This document shows, piece after piece, positions 1-53,918 of a DNA stretch of 64,000 nucleotides. The notes beneath the pieces are model-generated. The model searched no databases. It saw nothing but the letters and a program-made list of their open reading frames with translations, and had not been told where the DNA came from. Position numbers and translations under genes: made by a program. How positions within the stretch are numbered: the stretch's first letter is position 1; each line of letters starts with the position of its first letter. The DNA is taken from contig JAQGDQ010000067.1 of assembly GCA_030141605.1 (NCBI GenBank), positions 496,001-560,000 on the forward strand, in the 5' to 3' direction. The DNA is from Tubiluchus corallicola (taxonomy: Eukaryota > Animalia > Priapulida).

Positions 1-99
1 AGATGTTAGATAAAGCAAAACCTGAACGGAACTTTTATTCTTGTCTAAACTGCTGAATTTTAACAAGTTTAAACTTTACAAGGGATTGTAGCTGTGATC

Positions 100-3000
100 A
101 AATGTTGACAAAAAGGAAAACACGCAGTATGTCAAAAGAACAAGAGCCAGAATGGATGACTTTTCTGCTTGAGCAGTTGGAGCAAAATAAAAGCTTTGCT
201 TAACTCTGTCAATGAGAGGTTTAGTTCTCCGGTTGACGACATTTCTAAACTTAATGAGCAAGTCAACACTTTGTTTGGTTTGCCAGATAAAGTGAGACAA
301 CTTGAAAGCGACATTAACCAAGTATAGTGTGATGTGGCTTTAGAAAGTGAGGCTCAGGCATCATATTTTGCATGATCGAGGCTGACTAAGCAAAGCCATG
401 ATCAAGGCTGACAAAAATGCGTAGTATTCCAGAAGAAACATGTTATTATTTTATGGTATCACAGAACCTGACAATCGGAATGGCAAAGAGTGCATTTCTA
501 AGTTGTCAGCATTAATAGGAACGGTTATGGAGATACCACTTGAGCCACGCGACATTGTCAGAGCTCACAAACTCAATCCTGTGTGAGAGCTAAATGACGA
601 CGACACTGTTGTTGACAAATCCAGGCCTGTGCCAGTTGTGACTGTTCTTCTTCACTGGCCAAGAAACCTAATGTATTTGATGCAAGGAGACAGTTGAAGG
701 ATCATATAATATGCAGGCATACATTTGTTTATTGGTTATAAGTCAAAAAGTGCTAAGACATCTACTGTACCATCATTATATATCAGGAGAAAACCCGTTA
801 ATGAACTACTCTAGCCTTTTTTTACTTTTTATTTGTAATCTTTTTGTACTTTTTGAATTGGTGGGAGCATTATAAGTCATCTGATTTTTGTAACAAAAAA
901 TGGTTGTACACAATCTGTTTTTTTATTTGTAATCCAGTTATGTAACTTCTGTGCTCCTGCCCGAATTTATTTTTTTTAAATAACCGAACTTAATATTATA
1001 TTTTATTGCATTGTAGAGTGTACAACTGCTATTTACAGAGAGTATGTTAACAAACCATGTATTCCTTGGAAATCAATGCAAATTGGAAGAAATAGTAACC
1101 TTGTTGAAACTGGTTTTTTGACTACTGTATTACAGTTTGCCTGGCTGTTTGCGTGTCATTCAAGTCTACTATTACTGTCCAGTACAATAATATTAAAATT
1201 CATGTTACCAAGTTACTCGTGCTGTACACGTGCATTATTAATATTCTGTTTTCAATAGACTTTTGTATTAGACAGTTTTGACTTATGTTAAATTAAATGC
1301 ATATGTATATGTGCATTGTGCATGCACATAATATCTGTAAAATTAAATATGCATGTGTACGCGTGTATTTTTGTTTTCGATGTATATAATATTGTGTATA
1401 AATCACATATGCTAAATCGAGATAAAGCCACATTGTTTTTCTTCCTACTGATGGATTACCATGGTCAGTAAAGTGCTACAGTCATATTTTTTATTTTGTT
1501 TTTCTTTGTGTAAAATTATTAGTGTTTATGTACAAAACAGCTGATGTACTGTTTAATTAGCATGCTTCAACAAAAGTTAATTGCAGAGTTTTCTTAAATC
1601 TACATAATCTAAAGTTGCTTTTACTTTTTGTTTAGATGCTTCCGGGAGTGCGGCAAAGTCTGAGGTTAACATCATTACTGTGTTTTGTGTTGGTTTTTGG
1701 TAATTAGTTGGTATCTTGGGATATCAATTGTTTTTTGTACATTCTGCAATGTTACTCTTACTTTATATCCATTTACTGTTGATCCTTTGCATTACGCAGG
1801 TTGTTCTATATTGTATCCCGTACTATACATATGATTTCCAAAGAGAGTCTAAGATCTGTTTTTGATGTGATTAGATTCTTAGCGTTTTTAATTTTACTTT
1901 GTGGTGATGTACATGAAAATCCTGGTTCTAACCTCATAAAGAGTCCAGTAATCCATAAAAAGAATTTAAATTTTGTTCATTTTAATGTGAATAGTGTTAC
2001 CGTAGAACCCAATTTATCTGAAATATTAACTTTACCTTTATCTCATAACTGGTTTAATGGCTATAACTGAGTCTTGGCTCAGTAACATTATTCCTGACTT
2101 AGATATACTCTTGACAGACTTCCAACGTCTACTTTGAAAGGATAGGAATAGGGAAGGAGGAGGTATCCTCATCTATGTAAACAATTCTCTACTGTTTTTG
2201 ATGACTCATGTCTAATCTCAAAATTTTGTGGATAAAAACCAATTTGAAGGGGAGCAAGTTACTCACGGCATTTGATACAGACCACCAAATAATGAAGTCA
2301 CTGATGCTGAGTAGTTCTGTATCAATCTACTTCCTTTCACGTGACAAAGTAATCGCAACAAACCTTCCTTTTGTTCTGACAGGTGATTTTAATATTAGAA
2401 GCAGGCAGTTTTAAGATGGAGATATTGATACTTCTCATGGTACTAATTTTGTCAATATTTAAAACTATTATGGGCTGTCACAGTTAGTAAATAAACCTAC
2501 TTCTATTCTACCAACATCATGTCTTGATCTTGTTATAACTAATGTTCCAAACTGGTTTCGAAACCTGTTTGTGCAGAAACGTGCAAACGCTGTCCAATTT
2601 TGGCCCAAATGAAAATTTCATTACATTAAAATGCATAGTTTCAGCAGAAGAGTTTGGAACTATTCAAATCTACACACCGAAGCTTTTTCAAACCTTTTAT
2701 ATAGTGTGAGCTGGGATGAATACATGTCTCAGGATGTAAATCAGTCATGTGAACTTGTGATGAAAACTTCTTATGATATTTGCTCTCTGCGTATATCATA
2801 AATCAATGTATAAGGTCATGGGATGATCCATGGACATCTTCATACATGTGTTCCTTGCAATGCCAGAGAGATTATATAAAAATTTCAGAGAACTTTCAAC
2901 CCTCAGCATTGGAATCAGTACAAATATGTTAGAAATGTAACAGTTGCCGAAATCAGGAAAGCCAAACATGTATTTTATAAAAAAAGCCAATCAGTTAAGT

Positions 3001-4000
3001 GCGCAAGTAAATTCCAAGAACTGATACAAGCTAGTCAAATTATTCTATAATAATAAAGTTACCACATCTATACTGCCCATTTTAGATACAAATTGTAATT
3101 TATTAACAAATGATTCAACTTCTAAAGCCAATATATTTAATAACTATTTTGTATCTCAGACAATTTTAAATGACAGCAATGTTGATCCACCTGTGTTGCA
3201 ACTACTGATAAAAGTTTCACAGACATAACCGTAACTGAAAATGATGTCAATGATATACTTGTGTTACTTGATGTATCAAAATATTGTGGACCTGATGATA
3301 TAAGCAATAGGATGCTTAAATTAGCTTGCACCAGTTTTTTCCAGCATCCTTAGCTAAGCTATCCACTGGTATTCCAAATATTTGGCAACACGCTAATGTA
3401 TTACTATTATTCAAAAAGGATGAAAGATACTTAGTATCTAATTATCGGCCCATTTCTCTTTTAATATGCACTTCTAAAGTCCTTGAAAAAATGGTATTCA
3501 GACACATGTACAATTATTTACGCAATAATTGTTGTCATTTAGACAATCAGGATTTGTTCCAGCTAACTAAACTATAATTCTTTATTATATCTTACTCATA
3601 CAATTTATCAAGCATTTGATGAAGGTCAAGAGGTACGCACTGTATTTTTGGACATTCCAAAGCTTTTGACCATGTCTGGCATTGGGGTCTGTTAGCTACC
3701 GTGCAGCAAATGGATTTTGTGATAATGTTTTTAACTTAATAGGAAACAACCTGTAATTTCTGTAATCTTCAATCCGAAACTAAACTGCTACATTCAGCTG
3801 TACCAAAGCATCAGTCATGGGTCCACTTTTGTTTCTTATTTTTATAAATGACATGGATGGATGGAATTCACTCCGATATTCGTTTTTTTGCTATATTAAC
3901 GTGTATTAAGTAAATTGTCGACAACCCCTTGTACACTGCTAACATCTTGCAACATGATATAACTAAAATTGAAATATGGGCTACCCTGTCAATAGTTGTA
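100..4000 (+). mobile_element. Decayed, near-full-length CR1/L2-group LINE (ORF1 coiled coil plus RRM-like; ORF2 APE plus RT), intronic and antisense to ABCC5
   Basis: ORF1-like SRRNMLLFYGITEP…DIVRAHKL…RPV (~420-640). ORF2: GDVHENPG, HFNVNS, TESWL, KDRNREGGGILIYV, GDFN, SCLDLVITN, GPDDISN, NYRPISLL, VFLD..KAFD.VWH, GPLLFLIFIND. Many stops and frameshifts. Confidence 0.88.
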
Positions 4001-4517
4001 ATGGACTGTTATATAATGATATTATATATATTTCATTGTGTACAAAATCAAATGTGACATTTTCTTCTTTGTATTTTACAGCCGCTACCATTCCTAAAGG
4101 TGCTCTTTTTTGATCACCTAGAGAGCCTAACTTTTTATATTTTTAATGAGCTTAATTAGTTTTAATGATGCTGGAATGAAATGTAGAGAGTGAAAAACTT
4201 CTAAAAAATAAGGATTACTACCACTAAAAATGAGAATTTAGGAAAAGCATCGTAAAATAAACAAAACACAAAAATAATACATTCACGCTAAAATTAAGCA
4301 CATAAAATATTAAAAATAAGAAATACTATTATTAAAATGGGAAGTTAAGAATTATCTAATAAACACAACATACTGTAATACAACCACAGTAAAATTATGC
4401 ATAGTAATCAAATTTAAATACAAGATAAGGCTAAAATACATTAATCTGCTTTAAACTATATTGTCAAGATTATAGTAACTTTATTCCTGGTTGTTTGTCA
4501 CTAGCAAAATTTATTAC

Positions 4518-34503
<29,986 letters not shown>

Positions 34504-36092
34504 CTCTGAAACAATAATAATGTGTAAAAGCAAAGTCTCTAACTAAATAGCATAGCTGCTTAAGGTAAGAAATTCAGGACGCGGCTGTGTGATTGCTAAA
34601 AGAATGGTTCTCAAATAAAAACTGAAAAAATAGTTAAAACACCTTCTTATTATTGTAAATTCAATTACCAACTTTATTTGAGTCATTTTGTTACATTACA
34701 CATTTTATGCCTATAATGATTGATCAAAGGCTAACATAGAAAATCAATAAGAATAACTTAATTACATTTCTTTGAAATGCGAATTCATATCATGATAACA
34801 TACAAGGTAGCACAGAAAAAATGTTCAGAAGTTTAGACTATAATAGAAGCAATAAAGTCGAAATTTCAAACCATGATATTATAATACATCAGCATTTTAC
34901 TGTTAAAGCTAAAAGTTTATAGTTTTTTAGTGATATTTAAGTCATGGTCGAAAAACTTGTACATGTTGAAAATTTAAATGCAGGAATAATGCCAGCTAAT
35001 CGTCAATTGAAGATCAGCAGTGTTAACATACAAAACACTGAATAGAATGGGAGCAAAACAACAAAGAAATCAACCAGTTTGTAACATGGTCATGACCTAA
35101 TAATATAAAGTGCTGATAAAGATTTATTATTAAGAAAAAACTGGAAATTGGAATTAAACCTCTGTACTACAGTAGCTGAAATTCGCTTAAAGAGAAAATG
35201 TATGATGGTCATCACAGAATGAAATATCCACTATGCATAAAAAGAATCCCGAGTCCCAACCAGAAACCAAACAGTTTGCAAATTATTTTAATACTCAGCA
35301 TACATAACATATATATATAAAATATATCAACTGCCTAATCTAGTTTTTTTTATTAAAGCCTGCAAACATTAACTCAATGTGTATCGTGATATGTATCGTA
35401 TCATGACTTACGTGTATTATTACAGCCCTACCTCTGAACGTGTGCAAAACATTTTATTTAGAATAACTGCAAGGTGCTTATGTGGCTTAGGCCTCTTCAT
35501 TCCATAAGCACTTCAGGACCTGTTGCTAATAATTACACTTTTATTTGTGAATATTTGTAAATGTAGTGTAAAAATAATACACTTAAATAAATCACTGTGT
35601 AACTGTTTGGCCAGAATTATTGTATGTATTACAGTATAATGTGCAAATTTAAATAAACAAAATGCAAATCTATTTGAACAATGTTTTTAATGTGTAAACC
35701 TACATTTTATTAAAATGTAAATATTATTACAGTTTACATACACAGCACAAATTCAAATAAATACAAATGATAATATTTGTACTGTTCAAACCTGTATTTT
35801 ATTATGCCTACAAAAATGTAGGCCTAGCTGAGTGTTTGGTACACGATACACGAACGAGGTATAAGGACGACAGCTATTCAATACACGAACAGAACGAACA
35901 AAATTTTAGACATTTGCTATAATACAGGAACGGAAGGAACAAAAATTTGGAAAAATGATGGCAGTGCAAGAAAACCAAGAGCGGCAAAAATTTATAAAGT
36001 TTATTGAATAACTTGCAAAGATAAAACTCAGACTATTCACTACTGACCCTGCCAAGTGAAAGACGATATGGCTTTATCTAATTGTACGAGAA

Positions 36093-36193
36093 ATGTGGCC
36101 CCGCCTTACGAAACCTGACATACGGAGACAGCACATTTAGCAGCTAGCTTTTGCTAATACCTAGTTTCCCGTAGGTGTTTCCCGGCCGCCACA
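36093..36193. mobile_element. Small TIR element (MITE-like)
   Basis: ATGTGGCCCCGCC…GAAACC / GGTGTTTCCCGGCCGCCACAT imperfect inverted ends; locally GC-rich. Confidence 0.5.
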
Positions 36194-36309
36194 TAGCGCT
36201 ATGCACAGCAAGGGATATGTCTTTATATTTACTGTCCCTTCTCGTTTAAGGCGATTAATATAACACCTAGGAAAGAAAATAATCCAGCTTCTGATTACAT
36301 GTTGGTTAG

Positions 36310-36990
36310 AGATGAAATTAGTTACCAGACAGCCTGGTGACAGCTAAGAAGATGGTGGAATAATAACTAGAGCTTTTACCACTTTGACCCACAGTACATT
36401 CATCTGTCTGTACAAAGTCCTTGTAAGGCCCCATTTGGAGTTTTCAAGCTCAGCGTGGCACCCATCAATGGCCAAATATACAGATCAGCTGGAACAAGTA
36501 CAAAGATATGCAACAAGAAAACTTAGTGCCTTGAAAGAATTATTGTATACTGACCGGTTAAAGTGCCTAAATTGCCAGCACTAGCTTACAGGAGACTGAG
36601 AGGTGACATGATAGAGGCTTATAAGATCCTAATGAATATGTATAATAAAGTTGCAAGCCCATAGTTGCAATTGAGATCGCAGGTGGCCTGATCGATCACC
36701 AAAGGCCATTCACTAAAGTTATATAAGTTCAGATCTAATAAGTGAATAGGACTGAATCGTTTTTTGCACAGAATTGTAGACGCATGGAATAGTTTACCCA
36801 ACAATGTCGTATGCGCACCAAGTGTAGATGTATTTAAGAGAAGGTTGGACAAGCACTGGGCTGGAAAAGAGATAATTTACAATTACAAGGCCTCCTTTGA
36901 GGATACGGATACGAATATGTATACACGATTTGGCAAGAAGATTACGTCGTCAAAACAACATAAAATAACATAAAGTAAGGTAAGTGTAGC
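36310..36990 (+). mobile_element. CR1-type LINE 3' end
   Basis: LYKVLVRPHLEFSSSAWHP, LEQVQRYAT, RRLRGDMI, RIVDAWNSLP, FKRRLDKHW; AAGTAAGGTAAG tail. Confidence 0.9.
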
Positions 36991-38479
36991 ATACATTACA
37001 ACTGTCATTTTACAAAGGAAACAAAAATTGTTGACAGTTGGGACCAAATACCTTTAAAGAAGTGAGAAACTACATCAACTATACTCAATACTTTAAAGCA
37101 TAATAAAGGAGCTGAATGATGAAATATGGGTAAACTGAATCCCAGCTATGGGGAACAACTTTCAACGGATATCTGTTGAGTATTGACCTAAGTTCGATTA
37201 CGGGGAAAAAGAGATGACATTTTCTGCACAAACAAGTGAAAAAAGTTCACGTTAGTTACCATAATAATGCATAAATTATAATACCAGTGTGTGCAGTGTA
37301 AGACCTTTCCCACCTTGTTACAGCAGCATAGAAAACTAGTGCACACTGGTTCCAAATAACGTTCAAAAAATTAAAAAGTTTCAATAATTACTAACATTTT
37401 TACAAAGTTAATACAATTTAGATTGATTGATTTTAGCAATATAGACCCAAATTAACTTGTGTTAGAAATCACAAATAATATCAACACGAACAATGTACAC
37501 AAGCCGAGTTTTGTGCGGCATTCCGTAATGCGCAGTACAGCGATGTTTTTCTTGACCGTTATCGTGCGCTAAGCAGCACCGTCCCATCACAGCGTCTTGC
37601 ACAGTTAGAATAAAATTTACTAAAAAAAATAAAAACGTTGCGCTTAAGAAGAAACCTGGTCACCAGAGATGCATCAGCCTCTTGAGACCGATGTTTACCG
37701 ATAATTTTATATTTATATATATTTTGTGTTTATTAGCCCTAACATAATGATGGCACACATTAATAATGTCATTCAGGAATATTAGACCTAATTATAGACA
37801 TAGATATAGACATGTTTATATCTTTTCTAGTGCACAATTACAAAAATACATAACTGCATGATTACACATGCAAATTTTGTACTAAAATAATAAGTTAAAT
37901 GTATATACATCAGGAAGTGATTAAGAGGTGCAAGATTATTTTATTGCAATTGATTTCTATAATAAGACTAGAATGTGATCAGTAGGAAACAAATATATCT
38001 ACGAATTGGTAGAGCTTTAAAGCCGAACAACCCTAAATTTATTCGTCTCATTTTTTTGATTTAAAAAATTGAACACAAGGATAGACCACCAAACGTACAA
38101 CAATGCACTTGTACTAACTAGTATCATATAGACTAAAAACTACACACAAAATATTTATTTATTAAGTTGATTTATAGTCAGTAATGCACGAATGTTCCAC
38201 ATGGTGTTTATGTACCCTTTTGCCATTAATTTTGGTGATGGTAATAGATTGGCAAATATATACCAAGTTACCTTATGAGGCTATACAGTATACACATTAA
38301 TAAGTAAAGGTTATAGATAACGTTACACAGTTTTACAAGCGAGAATTTCTCGAAACTAGGACTAACTCGTAGTTGCTTGTGCAAGTGGAGATACAAAAAA
38401 CAAGTACTAAACACTCTCTCTGTGACCTCTGTGAAGTGCTTCATGGATGTTTTTTTGTACGTTGTCTTCAGTCAAGTTT

Positions 38480-38650
38480 TGTTCTCACAGGGGCCTGTTC
38501 TCGGTCCTCTACTCTTTGTAATTTTCATTAATGATATTGAGGCATAATGTGCAGAGTAATCTGATCAAATATGCTGATCACACAAAAATTTATAGGCAGG
38601 TACCATCTGAGCACGATGCTAGTGAGTTGCAAAGTGATTTAGACCAGTTA
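38480..38650 (+). mobile_element. Short RT fragment
   Basis: QGPVLGPLLFVIFINDI…YADHTKIY…LQSDL. Confidence 0.8.
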
Positions 38651-39329
38651 CTACTTAACCATTACTTTAGACGAATTATTTAACAGTTCATCTTTTGCAT
38701 ACTCATTTCCTTCACCTACTAATAAGCTATTTACAACAGACACGCCAATAAGCGTTCAGTACTCTTCCTCTTTTTTATTATTAAGTCTAAATTTCTACTT
38801 ATTTCATATAATTTGACTTCACTTCTATCACGTGCATCTTCCTTTTTAAAATTTGTTTTATTCTAATCATTTTTTTCACAAATTCTTGATTGATATTAAC
38901 TTGACCATACATTTTTTCAATTTTATACCGTATCATCAATTCTTCATCATAGCTTTGTGCGGTTCGTACAAAATGATCAGAATTATCTAGTTGTCATGAC
39001 GCCATGGACGCTGTTCAGTCATCAAATTGGACTGCAACCTGCTAGTTTACCAGGGCTGTAAGCCTTTACTGTACATATTGTTTATTGTATTTTCGTTGAT
39101 CAAAAAGCTAAAAAAATTGATAGTTCTTAAATGAATTTTCTTTCCTAGTAATGCGAAAACATAAAACTTAGTCGTCTAATGTTCGTTATAACACCTGTGT
39201 GTCGATTTGCAAGTAAGTTGAGCAAAAATGGCAAAGAATTTTTCAAGTATAACCAAATACATTTTAAAGCCTTCTAACCATACTATTACAATTAGTTGCA
39301 CTAAAAATTTGAACGATGATGTTATTATT

Positions 39330-40797
39330 TGTCCTGAACAGGTTGCTTCTACAATAAGTGATGCTTTTGCATCTTTCTTCACTCTTCACACTTGAGCCTG
39401 ACGACAATGACTTGCCTATTCCTTCATCTGGTTGGAATGCTAATTCTCTGAATGACATGAAATTCAGTATCAATAATGTATATAATAAGTTTATTAATTT
39501 AATGCCTTTTAAGCCTACAGGACCCAATGAAGTTCACGGTTTTATTTTGAAATTCTTTGCTTTTCACTTTCAGCTTGTTCTTCCTCTCTTCCTTTTGTTT
39601 CGTAAATTTCTTGATTTTGGGGTGCTCTCCCAATGTTGGCTTAATCGTAATGTTAGGTATCCCCTATTCAAACACATGTCCCTCGTGTGATGATCTTTAC
39701 CCATATCTTTGTCATCAGTAGCTTTGAAGCCGTGTTGTGGGACGAGATTCTAACTTTCCTCTTCCAATCTAAATGCATATACCAACATGGTTCCTTTCCA
39801 GTTGGTTCAGTCTTTTCTAATCCATTTTCGCGTTTAAATCAGTGGACAAGCGTCTTTGATGATCCCACTTTGCCTGCTGTTGATGTACTTTAGTATCTTG
39901 ACTTCAAAAAGGCATTCGATTCTGTCCCTCACCGGCGTGAGTATTCCAGCATAAGCTGTAAGCTTCTTAAGTAGTTTAGTTACTTTCTTCATTTCCAACA
40001 TGTTGTTCTTAGTGGCACATCCACTAAATGATGCCCTGTTATTTAGTGGTAGCCCCCCAGAAACCTTGAGTGGTCCTTATTGCTTCCTAATATTTTTTAA
40101 CGTTATTGCTGATTGCATTTCTCCAGGAACTAACATCCCATTATTTGTTGATGATTTAAAACCATTTCGTCCAATTTGGGATGATCTTGATCGTTATATT
40201 TTACAACATCAGTTGGATGAAATTTTTGACTAGTGCAGCAAATGCTTGATGGTCCTTAAACCCCGCAAATATTCTCTACTTAAAATGCAAACAAACTTCA
40301 CTACACCTTACTTTCCAAATAATGTACAAATAGCTGAAAAAAAAGCTGCATTAGAGACTTGGGAATAATGATTTCCAGTAACCTAAAATGAAATTCTCAT
40401 GTGAACCATATAATTGCAAAAGGAAATCGTCGTATTGGCATAATCAAGCACTTCGTGATATCGAGAAATGCAGCTGTAATTATTCCTCTTTATGAAGCTG
40501 TTGTTCGTCCTATTTTGGAATATGCATCGGTTGTATGGTCACCCCAGTATATGCTACTCTCAAGAACTGTCTTGGAAGAATTCAGGATGGTACTCGTCTT
40601 ACTGTTGGCTTGGATCCTTCTTCAATTTTTACTTTTGAGCAAAGGCATGAGACTGTAGGCTTTGTGAAAATAATGCTTCAAAATAATTAACGGTAACCCT
40701 ATTCTGACAGAGACAGACTTTTTCCAGGCCTCATAAAGTTCTTTGTGGTCATGAGTCTAACATCAGACCTCACTTTTTTGGGCATCGTGTAGTTAAC
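39330..40797 (+). mobile_element. Decayed CR1-type LINE RT
   Basis: KPTGPNEVHG, YLDFKKAFDSVPH, FVDDLK, YEAVVRPILEYASVVWSP; same family as 60250-60610 and 61660-62020. Confidence 0.88.
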
Positions 40798-41420
40798 GTA
40801 AGTTAACCCACATTTCGCATATAACCGTTTTGTAACATGTCTTTGTACTTTCTCAATTTTATCAATCATAGTAACATTATGAGGCCTCCATACAGGGGTG
40901 CAATATTCCAACAAAGGTCTAACAAATGACTTATACGATGTTAAAAGAGCGTCAATTTTTTTCATAACAAAGCAACGAAAAATCATATTTGCTACTTTAA
41001 AAGCTTTAGCAACCTGCTCAGTACAGTAAATTGAAAATTTTAGGTCTGAACACACGGTAATATCCAAGTCTCTACAATTAGTGTCTCTACATCCACTAGT
41101 AGATTCGTAAATCTCTTCTTTGTTGACTTTTGACAGACCCTGGATGTTTTTCAACGTACAATCGACACAGACCCAATAGTTTTCGCACTTCTAGTTGCAG
41201 TTCATCCAAAGTCGCTTGAAAGAAGAGTCTTTTCTACTGCAGTCTTGACATTTATCTACGTATTTTAAAGCACTTGCTATAGATGCTGGTGAAGATTGAG
41301 ATCTTAGAGTTCTGTCCGCTTGTGAAAGCAGGCTGCCACTATTTGCCATACTATTGTTTAATGCTTCACTGCACTCAGGATGGTTCACAAACACGTCTGT
41401 TCAGCTTGGCCACTACTGAC
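40798..41420 (-). mobile_element. CR1-type RT 3' fragment abutting a Cys-rich (PHD-like) ORF1 fragment
   Basis: YKSFVRPLLEYCTPVW, IEKVQR (40800-41090); CQDC…WMNCN*KCENYWVCVDC (41160-41260). Confidence 0.75.
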
Positions 41421-41759
41421 CTGACCGCCTATCTAACTGTGAAAAGCCTACTTTAAGGTGAGTTTGATGAATATGTGCAGGAATAATACCGTAAGTTAAA
41501 GTCAACAAACAACAAGTCTAAATAAGCCACAAAGATTGTGTCTAAAACTACTAATGATTGAAGACTTCTTAACGTAATGAGGAGTTATTCCAATGAACTA
41601 GCATAGAAGAAGAAAATTAACACAAAAGTAATCCTGCGTTTGGAACATAGAAAAAGTATCTTAGACAATCTTAGATAATAATTCTTAATAAATCATTTTT
41701 AGATAATAAGCAGATAAATTTCAATTAGAATGTGTTATAAGTAATAATTCATACAGAAA

Positions 41760-42010
41760 AGAGATGGACATAAGTGGTTTACTATCTTGTAAAATGTTAA
41801 AAAAGTTTGTGGAAATATCGTCTTCAGAGAGTGGATTGAACTTGTCGTCGTATACAGTAATTTAGTTGCAGATCGAGCCTTTCACGGCTTTAGAGCAAAT
41901 GTAGGTAGGTACGTTTTTGGTCATTTTCAAGTGATGGAATGTTACACCATATCAGCGTATTCGAGTACTGGACGAACCATGCTTTTATAAAGTTCTTCTA
42001 AAACTGTTGT
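41760..42010 (-). mobile_element. LINE 3' RT fragment
   Basis: KSMVRPVLEYADMV; LKRRYFH. Confidence 0.7.
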
Positions 42011-42119
42011 GGTATCAATTATATATATATATATATATATAAGAAGTTATATCTAAACATAAGGCTAAAGTTTACAATAGCCCCACACAAAAGAAATTAG
42101 TTTGTGAAGTGGATTAAAA

Positions 42120-42220
42120 TCAGGTTAGTATTAGAATTAGGGTTAGAGTTGGGATTAGGGCCAGTTATAGGGTTAGTGTTGGGTTTGGGTTAGGGTTAGG
42201 GTTAGGGTTAGTTTGGGTAT
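42120..42220 (+). repeat. Degenerate interstitial (TTAGGG)n tract
   Basis: ggttagggttagggttagggtta with degenerate flanking units. Confidence 0.85.
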
Positions 42221-42289
42221 TTAAATTGTGTGCTGAATTATTAGTTCCTTCGAAACATGAACATAATTTTGTGTACTTTTTCAAGTGAA

Positions 42290-42780
42290 TGATGGATGTG
42301 GATGTCGAGCTTTAAATTTGACAGTAAATGTAGGGATAAATGTTTATGAAGAGAGCTGTTTTAGAGGTATGTTGAGGTAAAGTGTTGGTTGAGTAGGCGG
42401 GGTATTTTACAGCTGGGAAGGATAACTTGAGTTCTGTTGGGATTGAATATAACATTTCACCGTGTTGTCCACTGATGTATTGTTGGATCTGAATTGATAT
42501 GCACATGTAATAGGATTATCAATAATTTTAGTTAAAGAGGTGTCGTCTGCAAAAAAGTCACATATCAATAATATCACTACTTAAGTTATTACTTATATCG
42601 TCAGTGAAAGCTAGAAATAAAATGGGGCCAAAAGCGTAACGGTAAGGGACGCTCATGTTTTTTGAGCTATAGTCAGAATATTTGCCATTTAAAATAACTC
42701 TAACAGCAGTTGGTTAGAGAGATTTTGAGCCATTTTAACTCCTTCGCCGTGACAAATGTTTGTCTAGTTTTGACATCTTG
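42290..42780 (-). mobile_element. LINE RT fragment
   Basis: GPILFLAFTDDI, FFADDT on the minus strand. Confidence 0.7.
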
Positions 42781-43254
42781 CAATAATGTCTATAATGGCC
42801 TAGCATGAGGCACTAGTGCAGAGCTATATATTTTCTGAGAGAGAATTAAATTTTATTTCTAGCTGTATAAAACAATTCTTAGATTTTGTTTATATAGATG
42901 AATAATAGATGACATGAACAGTCTAAAGAATTTTCACAAAATTTTCATTTCAAAGCCTAGTTTTCAAGTGATAGCTGGTATCTAAAACTGTTCAACACAA
43001 AAACTGTAGAGTATTCTTTTCTGTACATGTATTCAAATCACTCTAACTTTGTAAATTTGGCAGCTGTTCAAATGCACTAAGGTGTTAGGGAATTTATACA
43101 AGAATGTATTACCTGCAGGGAAGTCTTCCTTGCACTGAATGTAACTAATTATAATAAGGGCCTGCACGCTGTTGAAGTGATAGTCAACATCCCCAGTAAG
43201 TAGCTATCTACATTTATTGCACATTTATATATGTATATGCGTGTATATATAGTA

Positions 43255-43390
43255 AAATAAACTTCATATTCTCCAGGCACTGTCAGATGAATTTTCATCC
43301 AAAATAATTTCACTGTCTGCAGTTTATAAGAGCTTGCATTTCATTCGCTGATTAGGTCTTCCGAGTGACCATTACACAAATGAAAAACTA
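43255..43390 (+). repeat. Dispersed repeat; second copy at ~55497-55610
   Basis: AAATAAACTT(C)ATATTCTCCAGGCACTGTC…AGCTT.CATTTCA.TCGCT…GAGTG.C.ATT…CAAATGAAA in both. Confidence 0.75.
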
Positions 43391-43626
43391 AATTTATGCT
43401 AATTAACAGTAAGACAAAACTTAACTTTTCATGTAAAAATAAATAATAGGTAAACAGATAAAACAGAAAGTTACAGAATGCATAAAATATTTAGGCATAT
43501 TAATTTATAATAAACTGTCATGGAGAACACACATTAAGCGTGTTACATATGAATAAAGAATTTTCATTTCACTAAAATAAATGAGTAACGAATTTTTGTC
43601 TTTTGCCACAGTTTTGTAAAAAAGGT

Positions 43627-53918
<10,292 letters not shown>

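Noticed and set aside
42120-42220. Telomere or chromosome-fusion site
   Set aside because: Short, degenerate and single-orientation; such tracts are common inside invertebrate interspersed repeats.
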